From Streptococcus mitis (GTDB lineage Bacteria; Bacillota; Bacilli; Lactobacillales; Streptococcaceae): 64,000 nt of DNA. Made by a program: the position numbers and the translations under genes. Of this stretch, positions 11,134 to 21,986 are shown one piece after another. A model generated the notes under the pieces. The model was not told where the DNA came from, ran no database searches, and saw only the letters and a program-made list of their open reading frames with translations. The stretch is from positions 19,879 to 83,878 of the forward strand of contig CAUPXP010000007.1 of assembly GCA_963515455.1 (NCBI GenBank). The letters run 5' to 3'. The stretch's first letter is position 1; every line of letters starts with the position of its first letter.

Positions 11134-12936
11134 ATGGTATTACAAAGAAATGAAATAAATGAAAAAGATACATGGGATCTATCAACGATCTACCCAACTG
11201 ACCAGGCTTGGGAAGAAGCCTTAAAAGATTTAACAGAAAAATTGGAGACAGTAGCCCAGTATGAAGGGCATCTCTTGGATAGTGCGGATAGCCTACTCGA
11301 AATTACTGAAATTTCTCTTGAAATGGAACGCCAAATGGAGAAGCTTTACGTTTATGCTCATATGAAAAATGACCAGGACACACGTGAAGCTAAGTATCAA
11401 GAGTATTACGCCAAAGCAATGACTCTCTATAGCCAGCTAGACCAAGCTTTTTCATTCTATGAACCTGAATTTATGGAAATCAGTGAAAAGCAGTATGCTG
11501 ACTTTTTAGAAGCTCAACCAAAATTGCAGGTTTATCAACACTATTTTGACAAGCTTTTGCAAGGCAAGGAACATGTTCTATCACAACGAGAAGAAGAACT
11601 ATTGGCTGGAGCTGGTGAAATCTTTGGTTCGGCAAGTGAAACCTTCGCTATCTTGGACAATGCGGATATTGTGTTCCCTTATGTCCTCGACGATGATGGT
11701 AAGGAAGTTCAGCTATCTCATGGGACTTACACACGTTTGATGGAGTCTAAAAATCGTGAGGTTCGCCGTGGTGCTTATCAAGCTCTTTATGCAACTTATC
11801 AACAATTCCAACATACCTATGCCAAAACCTTGCAAACCAATGTTAAGGTTCAAAACTACCGTGCCAAAGTTCGCAACTACAAGAGTGCGCGTCATGCAGC
11901 CCTAGCGGCCAATTTTGTTCCAGAGAGTGTTTATGACAATTTGGTAGCAGCAGTTCGCAAGCATTTGCCACTCTTGCATCGTTACCTTGAGCTTCGTTCA
12001 AAGATTTTGGGAATTTCAGACCTCAAGATGTACGATGTCTACACACCACTTTCTTCTGTTGAATATAGTTTTACCTACCAAGAAGCCTTAAAAAAGGCAG
12101 AAGATGCTTTGTCAGTCTTGGGTGAGGATTACTTGAGCCGTGTTAAACGTGCCTTCAGCGAGCGTTGGATTGATGTTTACGAAAACCAAGGCAAGCGTTC
12201 AGGGGCTTACTCTGGTGGTTCTTACGATACAAATGCCTTTATGCTTCTCAACTGGCAGGACAATCTAGACAATCTCTTTACTCTTGTCCATGAGACTGGT
12301 CACAGTATGCACTCAAGCTATACTCGTGAAACGCAGCCTTATGTTTACGGAGATTACTCCATCTTCTTGGCTGAGATTGCCTCAACCACTAATGAAAATA
12401 TCTTGACGGAGAAATTATTGGAAGAAGTGGAAGATGATGCAACGCGCTTTGCTATTCTCAATAACTTCCTAGACGGTTTCCGTGGAACAGTTTTCCGCCA
12501 AACTCAATTTGCTGAGTTTGAACACGCTATCCACCAAGCAGACCAAAACGGGGAGGTCTTGACAAGCGATTTCCTAAATAAACTCTACGCAGACTTGAAC
12601 CAGGAGTATTATGGTTTGAGTAAGGAAGACAATCCTGAAATCCAATACGAGTGGGCTCGCATTCCACACTTCTACTATAACTACTATGTATACCAATATT
12701 CAACAGGCTTTGCAGCAGCCTCAGCCTTGGCTGAAAAGATTGTCCATGGTAGTCAAGAAGACCGTGACCGCTATATCGACTACCTCAAGGCAGGCAAGTC
12801 TGACTATCCACTTAATGTCATGAGAAAAGCTGGTGTTGATATGGAGAAGGAAGATTATCTCAACGATGCCTTTGCAGTCTTTGAACGTCGTTTGAATGAG
12901 TTTGAAGCCCTTGTTGAAAAATTGGGATTGGCATAA
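11134..12936 (+). CDS. pepF: Oligoendopeptidase F (M3B)
   Basis: 600 aa with zinc motif [16 protein letters not shown]. Confidence 0.93.
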   Translation: MVLQRNEINEKDTWDLSTIYPTDQAWEEALKDLTEKLETVAQYEGHLLDSADSLLEITEISLEMERQMEKLYVYAHMKNDQDTREAKYQEYYAKAMTLYSQLDQAFSFYEPEFMEISEKQYADFLEAQPKLQVYQHYFDKLLQGKEHVLSQREEELLAGAGEIFGSASETFAILDNADIVFPYVLDDDGKEVQLSHGTYTRLMESKNREVRRGAYQALYATYQQFQHTYAKTLQTNVKVQNYRAKVRNYKSARHAALAANFVPESVYDNLVAAVRKHLPLLHRYLELRSKILGISDLKMYDVYTPLSSVEYSFTYQEALKKAEDALSVLGEDYLSRVKRAFSERWIDVYENQGKRSGAYSGGSYDTNAFMLLNWQDNLDNLFTLVHETGHSMHSSYTRETQPYVYGDYSIFLAEIASTTNENILTEKLLEEVEDDATRFAILNNFLDGFRGTVFRQTQFAEFEHAIHQADQNGEVLTSDFLNKLYADLNQEYYGLSKEDNPEIQYEWARIPHFYYNYYVYQYSTGFAAASALAEKIVHGSQEDRDRYIDYLKAGKSDYPLNVMRKAGVDMEKEDYLNDAFAVFERRLNEFEALVEKLGLA

Positions 12937-12937
12937 G

Positions 12938-13651
12938 ATGGTTGAATCATATAGTAAAAATGCCAACCATAACATGCGTCGCCCTGTTGTCAAGGAAGAA
13001 ATTGTGGACTTGATGCGTCAGCGTCAAAAGCAAGTCACAGGCTCTTTGAAAGAATTGGAAGACTTTGCCCGTAAGGAAAATATTCCCATCATTCCCCATG
13101 AAACGGTTGCTTATTTCCGTTTTCTCATGCAAACCATGCAACCTAAAAACATTCTGGAAATTGGGACGGCTATCGGTTTTTCTGCCCTCTTGATGGCAGA
13201 ACATGCGCCAAATGCCAAGATTACAACTATTGATCGCAATCCAGAAATGATTGGTTTTGCCAAGGAAAATTTTGCCCAGTTTGATAGTCGCAAGCAAATC
13301 ACGCTTTTAGAAGGAGATGCGGTAGATGTCTTATCTACACTGACAGAGTCTTATGATTTCGTCTTTATGGATTCAGCCAAGTCTAAATACATCGTTTTTC
13401 TGCCAGAAATCCTCAAACATTTGGAAGTTGGAGGTGTGCTTGTCTTGGATGATATTTTTCAAGGTGGTGATGTTGCCAAGGACATTATGGAAGTTCGGCG
13501 TGGCCAGCGAACCATTTACAGAGGACTTCAAAGACTATTTGATGCAACCTTAGACAATCCAGGACTCACCGCAACATTAGTACCTCTGGGGGATGGCATT
13601 CTCATGCTTCGTAAAAATGTAGCAGATGTTCAATTGCCTGACAGCGAATGA
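12938..13651 (+). CDS. Class I SAM-dependent O-methyltransferase (YrrM/TrmR-like)
   Basis: MVESYSKNANHNM...ILEIGTAIGFSALLMA SAM-binding fold. ATG 12938 lies 1 nt after the pepF stop; the track start at 12896 overlaps pepF. Confidence 0.85.
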   Translation: MVESYSKNANHNMRRPVVKEEIVDLMRQRQKQVTGSLKELEDFARKENIPIIPHETVAYFRFLMQTMQPKNILEIGTAIGFSALLMAEHAPNAKITTIDRNPEMIGFAKENFAQFDSRKQITLLEGDAVDVLSTLTESYDFVFMDSAKSKYIVFLPEILKHLEVGGVLVLDDIFQGGDVAKDIMEVRRGQRTIYRGLQRLFDATLDNPGLTATLVPLGDGILMLRKNVADVQLPDSE

Positions 13652-13717
13652 TTTTCAGAAAAATTTAAGAAAATATAGTAAAATAGATAGAGTAACACTT
13701 ATCTCAAAGGAGTAGAC

Positions 13718-14659
13718 ATGAAGAAAAAATTATTGGCAGGAGCCATTACACTATTATCAGTAGCAACTTTAGCAGCTTGTTCGAAAGGTTCAGAAGGAGC
13801 AGATCTTATCAGCATGAAAGGGGATGTCATCACAGAACATCAATTTTATGAGCAAGTGAAAAGCAATCCTTCAGCTCAACAAGTCTTGTTGAATATGACC
13901 ATCCAAAAAGTTTTTGAAAAACAATATGGCTCAGAGCTTGATGATAAAGAGGTTGATGATACTATCGCCGAAGAAGAAAAACAATATGGTGAAAACTACC
14001 AACGTGTCTTGTCACAAGCAGGTATGACTCTTGAAACACGTAAAGCTCAAATTCGTACAAGTAAATTAGTTGAGTTGGCAGTTAAGAAGGCAGCAGAAGC
14101 TGAATTGACAGATGATGCCTATAAGAAGGCCTTTGACGAATACACTCCAGATGTAACGGTTCAAATCATCCGTCTTGATAATGAAGATAAGGCCAAAGAA
14201 GTTCTCGAAAAAGCCAAGGCAGAAGGTGCTGACTTTGCTCAATTAGCCAAAGATAACTCAACTGATGAGAAAACTAAAGCGAATGGTGGAGAAATCACCT
14301 TTGATTCTGCTTCAACAGAAGTGCCAGAACAAGTTAAAAAAGCGGCATTTGCTCTAGATGTAAACGGTGTTTCTGATGTGATTACAGCCGCTGGCACACA
14401 AGCCTACAGTAGCCAATATTACATTGTAAAACTCATTAAGAAAACAGAAAAATCATCTAATATTGATGACTACAAAGAAAAATTAAAAACTGTTATCTTG
14501 ACTCAAAAACAAAATGATTCAACATTTGTTCAAAGCATTATCGGAAAAGAATTGCAAGCAGCCAATATCAAGGTTAAGGACCAAGCCTTCCAAAATATCT
14601 TTACCCAATATATCGGTGGTGGAGATTCAAGCTCAAGCAGTAGTGCATCAAGCGAATAG
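13718..14659 (+). CDS. prsA: Foldase lipoprotein PrsA/PpmA (parvulin-type PPIase family)
   Basis: Signal peptide with lipobox LAAC. 313 aa with a Ser-rich C-terminus. RBS AAAGGAG. Confidence 0.9.
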   Translation: MKKKLLAGAITLLSVATLAACSKGSEGADLISMKGDVITEHQFYEQVKSNPSAQQVLLNMTIQKVFEKQYGSELDDKEVDDTIAEEEKQYGENYQRVLSQAGMTLETRKAQIRTSKLVELAVKKAAEAELTDDAYKKAFDEYTPDVTVQIIRLDNEDKAKEVLEKAKAEGADFAQLAKDNSTDEKTKANGGEITFDSASTEVPEQVKKAAFALDVNGVSDVITAAGTQAYSSQYYIVKLIKKTEKSSNIDDYKEKLKTVILTQKQNDSTFVQSIIGKELQAANIKVKDQAFQNIFTQYIGGGDSSSSSSASSE

Positions 14660-14861
14660 TCCAAATCAATACAAATCTCTTTTGAGGTTTGTATTTTTTG
14701 AACCTGAATCTGGAAATGATTCTGTAAAAACAGTAAAATTCGAAGGATTGTAAGGTAAGAGTTTTTTTCTTTCTGAAAAAATGGTATAATAGCAATCAAA
14801 ACTAGAAAATAAAACGGAATTTGGAACAGATTTGTCTGTATCCTAGTAGAGTGGTGATACT

Positions 14862-16085
14862 ATGAAGATTAGTAAGAGGCACTTATTAAATTATTCCATC
14901 TTGATTCCCTACTTGCTTTTATCTATTTTGGGCTTGATTGTGGTCTATTCGACCACCAGTGCTATTTTAATTGAAGAAGGCAAGAGCGCTTTGCAATTGG
15001 TTCGAAACCAAGGAATCTTTTGGATTGTTAGTTTGATACTGATTGCCTTAATTTATAAATTGAGACTAGATTTTTTGAGAAATGAGCGACTAATCATTTT
15101 AGTTATATTGATAGAAATGGTTTTATTGTTCTTGGCTCGTTTTATTGGTATTTCCGTAAACGGGGCATACGGTTGGATTTCGGTTGCAGGAGTAACTATT
15201 CAGCCAGCTGAGTACTTAAAAATCATTATTATTTGGTATTTGGCTCACCGCTTCTCCAAACAGCAAGAAGAAATAGCTATTTATGATTTTCAAGTTTTGA
15301 CTCAAAATCAATGGCTTCCCCGTGCTTTTAATGATTGGCGATTCGTTCTCCTAGTTCTGATTGGAAGTTTGGGAATTTTCCCTGATTTAGGAAATGCAAC
15401 TATCTTAGTCTTGGTTTCCTTGATTATGTATACAGTTAGCGGAATCGCTTATCGCTGGTTTTCAACCATTCTGGCGCTCGTATCTGCCGCTTCTGTCTTT
15501 GTCTTGACCACTATCAGCCTTATCGGTGTTGAGACCTTTTCAAAAATTCCAGTATTTGGCTATGTAGCCAAGCGCTTTAGTGCCTTTTTTAATCCTTTTG
15601 CCGATCGTGCGGATGCGGGTCACCAGTTATCTAATTCTTATTTTGCCATGGTCAATGGCGGTTGGTTTGGTCTAGGTCTTGGAAACTCGATTGAAAAACG
15701 AGGTTATTTACCAGAAGCTCATACAGACTTTGTCTTTTCTATTGTGATTGAAGAATTTGGCTTTGTTGGTGCCAGTCTTATTTTAGCTCTCTTGTTTTTC
15801 ATGATTCTGAGGATTATCTTGGTCGGTATCCGAGCGGAGAATCCTTTCAATGCCATGGTTGCACTCGGTGTGGGAGGGATGATGTTGGTTCAGGTATTTG
15901 TCAATATCGGAGGGATTTCGGGCTTGATTCCATCTACAGGAGTAACCTTCCCCTTCTTGTCCCAGGGGGGGAATAGTCTTCTAGTCTTATCAGTGGCAGT
16001 GGCCTTTGTCTTGAATATTGATGCCAGTGAAAAACGCGCTAAGTTGTACCGAGAATTGGAAAATCAACCAATGAACCTTCTGTGA
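14862..16085 (+). CDS. ftsW: SEDS-family cell-division protein FtsW
   Basis: 407 aa polytopic membrane protein. SEDS motifs (PEAHTDFVFS, GVTFPFLSQGGNS). Located next to ppc. Confidence 0.85.
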   Translation: MKISKRHLLNYSILIPYLLLSILGLIVVYSTTSAILIEEGKSALQLVRNQGIFWIVSLILIALIYKLRLDFLRNERLIILVILIEMVLLFLARFIGISVNGAYGWISVAGVTIQPAEYLKIIIIWYLAHRFSKQQEEIAIYDFQVLTQNQWLPRAFNDWRFVLLVLIGSLGIFPDLGNATILVLVSLIMYTVSGIAYRWFSTILALVSAASVFVLTTISLIGVETFSKIPVFGYVAKRFSAFFNPFADRADAGHQLSNSYFAMVNGGWFGLGLGNSIEKRGYLPEAHTDFVFSIVIEEFGFVGASLILALLFFMILRIILVGIRAENPFNAMVALGVGGMMLVQVFVNIGGISGLIPSTGVTFPFLSQGGNSLLVLSVAVAFVLNIDASEKRAKLYRELENQPMNLL

Positions 16086-16109
16086 AGTAGAATAAAGAAA
16101 GGATAGTCT

Positions 16110-18806
16110 ATGTCTCTTCAAAAATTAGAAAATTATAGTAATAAAAGTGTTGTGCAAGAAGAAGTATTGATTCTAACAGAATTGCTGGAAGATATTACTA
16201 AAAATATGCTTGCCCCAGAGACCTTTGAAAAAATCATGCAGTTGAAAGAATTATCAACGCAGGAAGATTATCAAGGTCTAAACCGTCTAGTGACTAGCTT
16301 ATCAAATGATGAAATGGTCTATATTTCACGCTATTTTTCAATCTTACCTCTTTTAATTAATATTTCAGAGGATGTGGATTTAGCTTATGAAATCAATCAT
16401 CAAAATAATATTGATCAGGACTACTTAGGTAAATTATCTACAACGATCAAAATGGTTGCTGAAAAAGAAAATGCCGTTGAAATTCTTGAACACTTGAATG
16501 TTGTCCCTGTTTTGACAGCCCATCCAACACAAGTGCAACGAAAAAGTATGTTGGATTTAACAAATCATATTCATAGTCTTTTGCGTAAATACCGTGATGT
16601 TAAGTTGGGGTTGATCAATAAAGAAAAATGGCACAATGATTTGCGCCGTTACATCGAAATTATTATGCAGACAGACATGATTCGTGAGAAAAAATTAAAA
16701 GTGACTAACGAAATCACGAATGCTATGGAATATTACAACAGCTCCTTTTTGAAAGCTGTACCTCATTTGACGACGGAGTATAAGCGCTTAGCGCAAGCCC
16801 ATGGGCTGAATTTAAAACAGGCTAAACCGATCACCATGGGTATGTGGATAGGTGGTGACCGTGATGGGAATCCCTTTGTTACAGCAGATACCTTGAAACA
16901 GTCTGCACTTACTCAGTGTGAAGTCATCATGAACTATTATGATGAAAAGATTTACCAACTTTATCGTGAATTTTCTCTTTCAACTAGCATTGTCAACGTC
17001 AGCAAGCAAGTCAGAGAAATGGCTCGTCAATCCAAGGATAACTCGATTTACCGCGAAAAAGAGCTTTACCGTCGTGCCTTGTTTGATATTCAATCAAAAA
17101 TCCAGGCAACTAAAACCTATCTGATTGAGGATAAGGAAGTTGGGACTCGCTATGAAACCGCCAATGATTTCTACAAGGATTTGATTGCCATTCGAGATTC
17201 TCTACTAGAAAATAAGGGCGAGTCCTTGATTTCAGGTGATTTTGTGGAATTATTGCAGGCAGTAGAGATATTTGGTTTTTACCTAGCATCAATTGATATG
17301 CGACAAGACTCTAGCGTCTATGAAGCCTGTGTGGCAGAACTCTTGAAATCAGCAGGAATTCATTCTCGTTATAGCGAGTTAAGCGAAGAAGAAAAGTGTG
17401 ACCTTCTCTTGAAAGAATTAGAAGAAGATCCACGAATTCTTTCTGCGACTCACGCAGAAAAATCAGAATTATTAGCAAAAGAACTAGCTATTTTTAAGAC
17501 GGCTCGTGTTTTGAAAGATAAGTTGGGAGATGATGTCATCCGCCAAACCATCATTTCGCATGCTACCAGCCTTTCTGATATGCTAGAATTAGCTGTCCTA
17601 TTAAAAGAAGTAGGACTGGTGGATACGGAAAGGGCGCGTGTTCAGATTGTTCCCCTTTTTGAAACAATTGAAGACTTGGATCATTCAGAGGAAACAATGA
17701 GACAATATCTTTCTCTTAGCCTTGCCAAAAAATGGATTGCTTCACGCAATAACTACCAAGAAATCATGCTTGGTTACTCTGATAGTAATAAAGATGGCGG
17801 TTACTTATCATCATGTTGGACCCTTTACAAGGCTCAACAACAATTGACTGCTATTGGAGATGAATTTGGCGTTAAGGTTACCTTTTTCCATGGTCGTGGT
17901 GGTACTGTCGGTCGTGGTGGTGGGCCAACCTATGAAGCCATCACATCTCAACCGCTCAAGTCTATCAAGGATCGTATCCGCTTGACGGAGCAGGGTGAAG
18001 TAATTGGGAATAAATACGGTAATAAAGACGCCGCTTACTATAATCTTGAAATGCTAGTATCGGCAGCTATTAACCGTATGATTACTCAGAAGAAGAGCGA
18101 TACCAATACCTCAAATCGTTATGAAGCCATTATGGATCAAGTAGTGGACCGTAGTTACGATATCTACCGTGATTTGGTCTTTGGTAATGAGCATTTCTAT
18201 GATTATTTCTTCGAGTCAAGTCCAATCAAGGCTATTTCAAGTTTTAATATTGGTTCTCGTCCAGCCGCTCGTAAGACGATTACTGAAATCGGTGGTTTGC
18301 GTGCCATCCCTTGGGTCTTCTCATGGTCACAGAGTCGTGTTATGTTCCCTGGATGGTACGGGGTTGGTTCAAGCTTCAAGGAATTTATCGATAAAAATCC
18401 AGAGAATATTGCTATCTTACGAGATATGTACCAAAATTGGCCTTTCTTCCAATCGCTTCTTTCAAATGTTGATATGGTTTTGTCAAAATCAAATATGAAT
18501 ATTGCTTTTGAATATGCTAAACTTTGTGAAGATGAGCAAGTTAAGGCCATCTATGAGACTATTTTAAATGAATGGCAAATTACTAAGAACGTTATCTTGG
18601 CTATTGAAGGACATGACGAACTCTTAGCTGACAATCCATATCTAAAAGCTAGTCTGGATTACCGTATGCCTTACTTTAATATTCTCAACTATATTCAGTT
18701 AGAGTTGATTAAACGCCAACGTCGTGGAGAATTGTCAAGTGATCAAGAACGATTGATTCATATCACCATCAACGGAATTGCGACAGGATTGCGTAATTCA
18801 GGTTGA
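16110..18806 (+). CDS. ppc: Phosphoenolpyruvate carboxylase
   Basis: 898 aa with VLTAHPTQ and [14 protein letters not shown] signature motifs. Confidence 0.95.
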   Translation: MSLQKLENYSNKSVVQEEVLILTELLEDITKNMLAPETFEKIMQLKELSTQEDYQGLNRLVTSLSNDEMVYISRYFSILPLLINISEDVDLAYEINHQNNIDQDYLGKLSTTIKMVAEKENAVEILEHLNVVPVLTAHPTQVQRKSMLDLTNHIHSLLRKYRDVKLGLINKEKWHNDLRRYIEIIMQTDMIREKKLKVTNEITNAMEYYNSSFLKAVPHLTTEYKRLAQAHGLNLKQAKPITMGMWIGGDRDGNPFVTADTLKQSALTQCEVIMNYYDEKIYQLYREFSLSTSIVNVSKQVREMARQSKDNSIYREKELYRRALFDIQSKIQATKTYLIEDKEVGTRYETANDFYKDLIAIRDSLLENKGESLISGDFVELLQAVEIFGFYLASIDMRQDSSVYEACVAELLKSAGIHSRYSELSEEEKCDLLLKELEEDPRILSATHAEKSELLAKELAIFKTARVLKDKLGDDVIRQTIISHATSLSDMLELAVLLKEVGLVDTERARVQIVPLFETIEDLDHSEETMRQYLSLSLAKKWIASRNNYQEIMLGYSDSNKDGGYLSSCWTLYKAQQQLTAIGDEFGVKVTFFHGRGGTVGRGGGPTYEAITSQPLKSIKDRIRLTEQGEVIGNKYGNKDAAYYNLEMLVSAAINRMITQKKSDTNTSNRYEAIMDQVVDRSYDIYRDLVFGNEHFYDYFFESSPIKAISSFNIGSRPAARKTITEIGGLRAIPWVFSWSQSRVMFPGWYGVGSSFKEFIDKNPENIAILRDMYQNWPFFQSLLSNVDMVLSKSNMNIAFEYAKLCEDEQVKAIYETILNEWQITKNVILAIEGHDELLADNPYLKASLDYRMPYFNILNYIQLELIKRQRRGELSSDQERLIHITINGIATGLRNSG

Positions 18807-18847
18807 TAATTTTCAAGAGTGAATATCAAAAAAATTCTAATAGACTA

Positions 18848-18875
18848 TTGACAAGTAGTTTAAAAATGATATAAT
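18848..18875 (+). promoter_or_regulatory. Sigma-70 promoter of the T-box leader
   Basis: TTGACA at 18848-18853, a 16-nt spacer, and extended -10 TGaTATAAT at 18867-18875. Confidence 0.7.
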
Positions 18876-18904
18876 TTAACCATTCAGAAAAGTAATCGTA
18901 CAAA

Positions 18905-19118
18905 CTTTCAAGAGAGTCTGTGGTAGCTGAAAACAGATAAGTGATGATGATGAAAATTGGGCTGAATGTTATTTAGAATTTGAAATCATAAAAATTCGGT
19001 GAGCACACCTTACAGTGCATCTCGTTATTGCGAGACAGAGCGATAGGGAAATTCCCTATAATTGAGGTGGTACCGCGCATCGACGTCCTCACACAAGTTT
19101 TTTGTGTGAGGATTTTTT
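18905..19118 (+). promoter_or_regulatory. T-box leader (tRNA-sensing riboswitch) controlling the downstream ABC importer
   Basis: AGAGAG stem-I motif at 18911-18916. T-box sequence AATTGAGGTGGTACCGCG at about 19060-19077. A perfect intrinsic terminator follows immediately. Confidence 0.85.
19087..19118 (+). terminator. T-box attenuator terminator
   Basis: Perfect 10-bp stem CCTCACACAA/TTGTGTGAGG (19087-19096 / 19102-19111), followed by a T6 run. Confidence 0.85.
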
Positions 19119-19204
19119 GATGGAGGTTAGTATGGAAAGAAAACGATGGCGTCGCTTGTTTAGATAAGTGAAATATATTAAAGGAAATAAAAAGGAGAAA
19201 TAGA

Positions 19205-20200
19205 ATGAAAAATAAACGTTTAATTGGAATTATCGCTGCATTAGCAGTCTTAGTAGCAGGAAGCTTGATTTACTCTTCAATGAATAAACCAGAAGCTAAG
19301 AATGAGAAGAAAGTTGCCAAAGTTGGTGTCCTTCAGTTTGTGAGCCATCCATCTCTTGATTTGATTTATAAAGGGATCCAAGATGGACTTGCAGAAGAAG
19401 GATATAAAGATGATCAAGTTAAAATCGATTTTATGAACTCAGAAGGTGACCAAAGTAAGGTTGCGACAATGAGTAAACAATTGGTTGCAAATGGGAATGA
19501 CCTTGTGGTTGGTATTGCAACACCAGCTGCTCAAGGATTGGCTAGTGCCACAAAAGATCTACCTGTTATCATGGCTGCTATTACAGACCCAATTGGTGCG
19601 AACTTGGTCAAAGATTTGAAAAAACCAGGTGGCAACATTACAGGGGTATCTGACCACAATCCAGCTCAACAACAAGTTGAACTCATCAAAGCTTTGACAC
19701 CAAATGTGAAAACAATCGGAGCTCTTTACTCAAGCAGCGAAGACAATTCAAAAACACAGGTCGAAGAATTTAAGGCTTATGCTGAAAAAGCAGGTTTGAC
19801 AGTGGAAACATTTGCAGTTCCTTCAACAAATGAAATTGCTTCAACAGTCAATGTTATGACTAGCAAAGTTGATGCTATCTGGGTTCCAATCGACAACACC
19901 ATTGCATCTGCATTTTCAACAGTTGTATCAAGCAATCAATCAGCTAAAAAGCCAATCTATCCAAGCGCGACTGCCATGGTAGAAGCAGGTGGCTTGGCAT
20001 CAGTTGTAGTTGACCAACATGATCTCGGTGTGGCAACTGGTAAAATGATTGCACAAGTCTTGAAAGGTGCAAAACCAGCCGATACTCCAGTCAATGTATT
20101 TTCAACTGGTAAGTCAGTAATTAACAAAAAATTGGCACAAGAGCTAGGTATTACGATTCCTGAATCTGTTCTAAAAGAAGCAGGACAAGTGATCGAATAA
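19205..20200 (+). CDS. ABC transporter substrate-binding lipoprotein-like protein (ABC_sub_bind/BMP-like family; predicted TrpX-type amino-acid binding component)
   Basis: 331 aa with an N-terminal signal/anchor. RBS AAGGAG. First gene behind the T-box leader. Confidence 0.85.
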   Translation: MKNKRLIGIIAALAVLVAGSLIYSSMNKPEAKNEKKVAKVGVLQFVSHPSLDLIYKGIQDGLAEEGYKDDQVKIDFMNSEGDQSKVATMSKQLVANGNDLVVGIATPAAQGLASATKDLPVIMAAITDPIGANLVKDLKKPGGNITGVSDHNPAQQQVELIKALTPNVKTIGALYSSSEDNSKTQVEEFKAYAEKAGLTVETFAVPSTNEIASTVNVMTSKVDAIWVPIDNTIASAFSTVVSSNQSAKKPIYPSATAMVEAGGLASVVVDQHDLGVATGKMIAQVLKGAKPADTPVNVFSTGKSVINKKLAQELGITIPESVLKEAGQVIE

Positions 20201-20275
20201 TCTGTAATGGAGGAGTTGGGGACATCTCCTCCAATTTTTTACAATAGAAATCATATAGAAAAGGTTAAGAAACAG

Positions 20276-21142
20276 ATGATATTATCTATTATTTCTCAAG
20301 GATTTGTCTGGGCTATTCTAGGTCTGGGAATCTTTATGACATTTAGGATTTTAAACTTTCCAGATATGACGACAGAAGGTTCCTTCCCTCTTGGGGGAGC
20401 TGTTGCTGTCACTTTGATAACCAAAGGCGTGAATCCCTTTTTAGCAACACTTGTTGCTGTTGGAGCCGGTTGTTTGGCTGGAATGGCAGCAGGACTTCTT
20501 TATACAAAAGGAAAAATCCCAACCTTGCTCTCAGGGATTTTGGTGATGACTTCTTGTCACTCAATCATGCTTTTGATTATGGGACGTGCAAATTTAGGCT
20601 TGCTTGGAACTAAGCAAATTCAGGATGTTTTGCCTTTTGATTCGGATTTGAATCAACTCTTGACAGGTCTAATCTTTGTCAGTCTTGTCATTGCTCTCAT
20701 GCTCTTTTTCTTGGACACCAAACTTGGACAAGCCTATATTGCTACAGGTGACAATCCTGATATGGCTAGAAGTTTCGGGATTCATACCGGACGCATGGAG
20801 CTCATGGGTTTGGTCTTATCAAATGGTGTGATCGCCCTTGCAGGCGCTCTCATTGCCCAGCAAGAAGGTTATGCTGATGTATCTCGAGGAATCGGGGTTA
20901 TCGTTGTGGGGCTTGCAAGTTTGATTATTGGGGAAGTTATTTTTAAGAGTTTGAGCTTGGCAGAACGTTTGGTTACCATCGTTGTAGGTTCTATCGCTTA
21001 TCAATTCTTAGTGTGGGCAGTTATCGCACTTGGCTTTAATACAAGTTACCTTCGTCTATATAGTGCAGTGATTTTAGCAGTCTGCCTCATGATTCCAACA
21101 TTTAAGCAAACCATCTTGAAAGGAGCCAAGTTAAGCAAATGA
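20276..21142 (+). CDS. ABC transporter permease
   Basis: Polytopic membrane protein. The start at MILSIISQGF (20276) is preferred; the track extension from 20207 would leave no gap after the upstream gene and has no RBS. Confidence 0.8.
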   Translation: MILSIISQGFVWAILGLGIFMTFRILNFPDMTTEGSFPLGGAVAVTLITKGVNPFLATLVAVGAGCLAGMAAGLLYTKGKIPTLLSGILVMTSCHSIMLLIMGRANLGLLGTKQIQDVLPFDSDLNQLLTGLIFVSLVIALMLFFLDTKLGQAYIATGDNPDMARSFGIHTGRMELMGLVLSNGVIALAGALIAQQEGYADVSRGIGVIVVGLASLIIGEVIFKSLSLAERLVTIVVGSIAYQFLVWAVIALGFNTSYLRLYSAVILAVCLMIPTFKQTILKGAKLSK

Positions 21143-21897
21143 CAGCAATTGTAGAATTAAAAAATGCAACCAAAGTCGTTAAAAATGGCTTTGATGAAGA
21201 AAAGATTATTTTAAATGATGTTTCCTTAGAAATTTTTGAACAGGATTTTATCACGATATTAGGTGGAAATGGTGCTGGTAAATCAACCCTTTTTAACACC
21301 ATTGCAGGAACCTTGTCCTTAACCAGTGGAACCATCCGTATTTTAGGTGAGGATGTTACCAAGTATTCACCAGAGAAGAGAGCCAAGTATCTGTCACGTG
21401 TTTTCCAAGATCCTAAGATGGGGACAGCTCCTCGTATGACAGTGGCAGAGAATCTCTTGATTGCCAAGTTTCGTGGTGAAAAGCGTGGATTGTTACCAAG
21501 ACGTTTGGCTAGCTATAAGGATGAATTTCAGGCAACCATTGAAAAAGTGGGAAATGGTCTTGAGAAACACTTGAATACACCGATTGAGTTTTTATCAGGT
21601 GGTCAAAGACAGGCCTTGAGTCTCTTGATGGCAACCTTGAAGCGACCTGAATTACTCTTGTTAGACGAGCATACTGCAGCTCTTGATCCAAAGACCAGTG
21701 TCGCACTCATGGAATTGACGGATGAATTTGTCAAGAAAGACCAGTTGACAGCTCTTATGATTACTCACCACATGGAAGATGCTCTTAAGTATGGCAATCG
21801 CTTAATTGTCATGAAAGAAGGACGGATTATCCAAGATTTGAACCAAGAAGAAAAAGCAAAAATGAAAATCTCTGATTATTATCAACTCTTTGAATAA
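21139..21897 (+). CDS. ABC transporter ATP-binding protein
   Basis: Walker A GGNGAGKST, signature LSGGQRQ, Walker B LLLLDE. ATGA overlap with the permease. Confidence 0.92.
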   Translation: MTAIVELKNATKVVKNGFDEEKIILNDVSLEIFEQDFITILGGNGAGKSTLFNTIAGTLSLTSGTIRILGEDVTKYSPEKRAKYLSRVFQDPKMGTAPRMTVAENLLIAKFRGEKRGLLPRRLASYKDEFQATIEKVGNGLEKHLNTPIEFLSGGQRQALSLLMATLKRPELLLLDEHTAALDPKTSVALMELTDEFVKKDQLTALMITHHMEDALKYGNRLIVMKEGRIIQDLNQEEKAKMKISDYYQLFE

Positions 21898-21986
21898 AGT
21901 AGGGAAAATGAGTGAAATGGTTTACTTTTTTTCTGAAATAAAGTATACTATATAAAGTAAACTATGATAACATGGAGGTATTGTGT

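Noticed and set aside
14514-14799. Overlapping 64-89-aa ORFs on both strands in the prsA-ftsW intergenic region
   Set aside because: The region contains the prsA terminator (about 14668-14700) and an extended -10 (TGgTATAAT, about 14781-14789) for ftsW. The ORFs have no RBS and give implausible translations.
21898-21986. Possible terminator or small RNA between the ABC ATPase gene and dnaG
   Set aside because: Only weak, imperfect complementarity is visible; I cannot support a defined hairpin.
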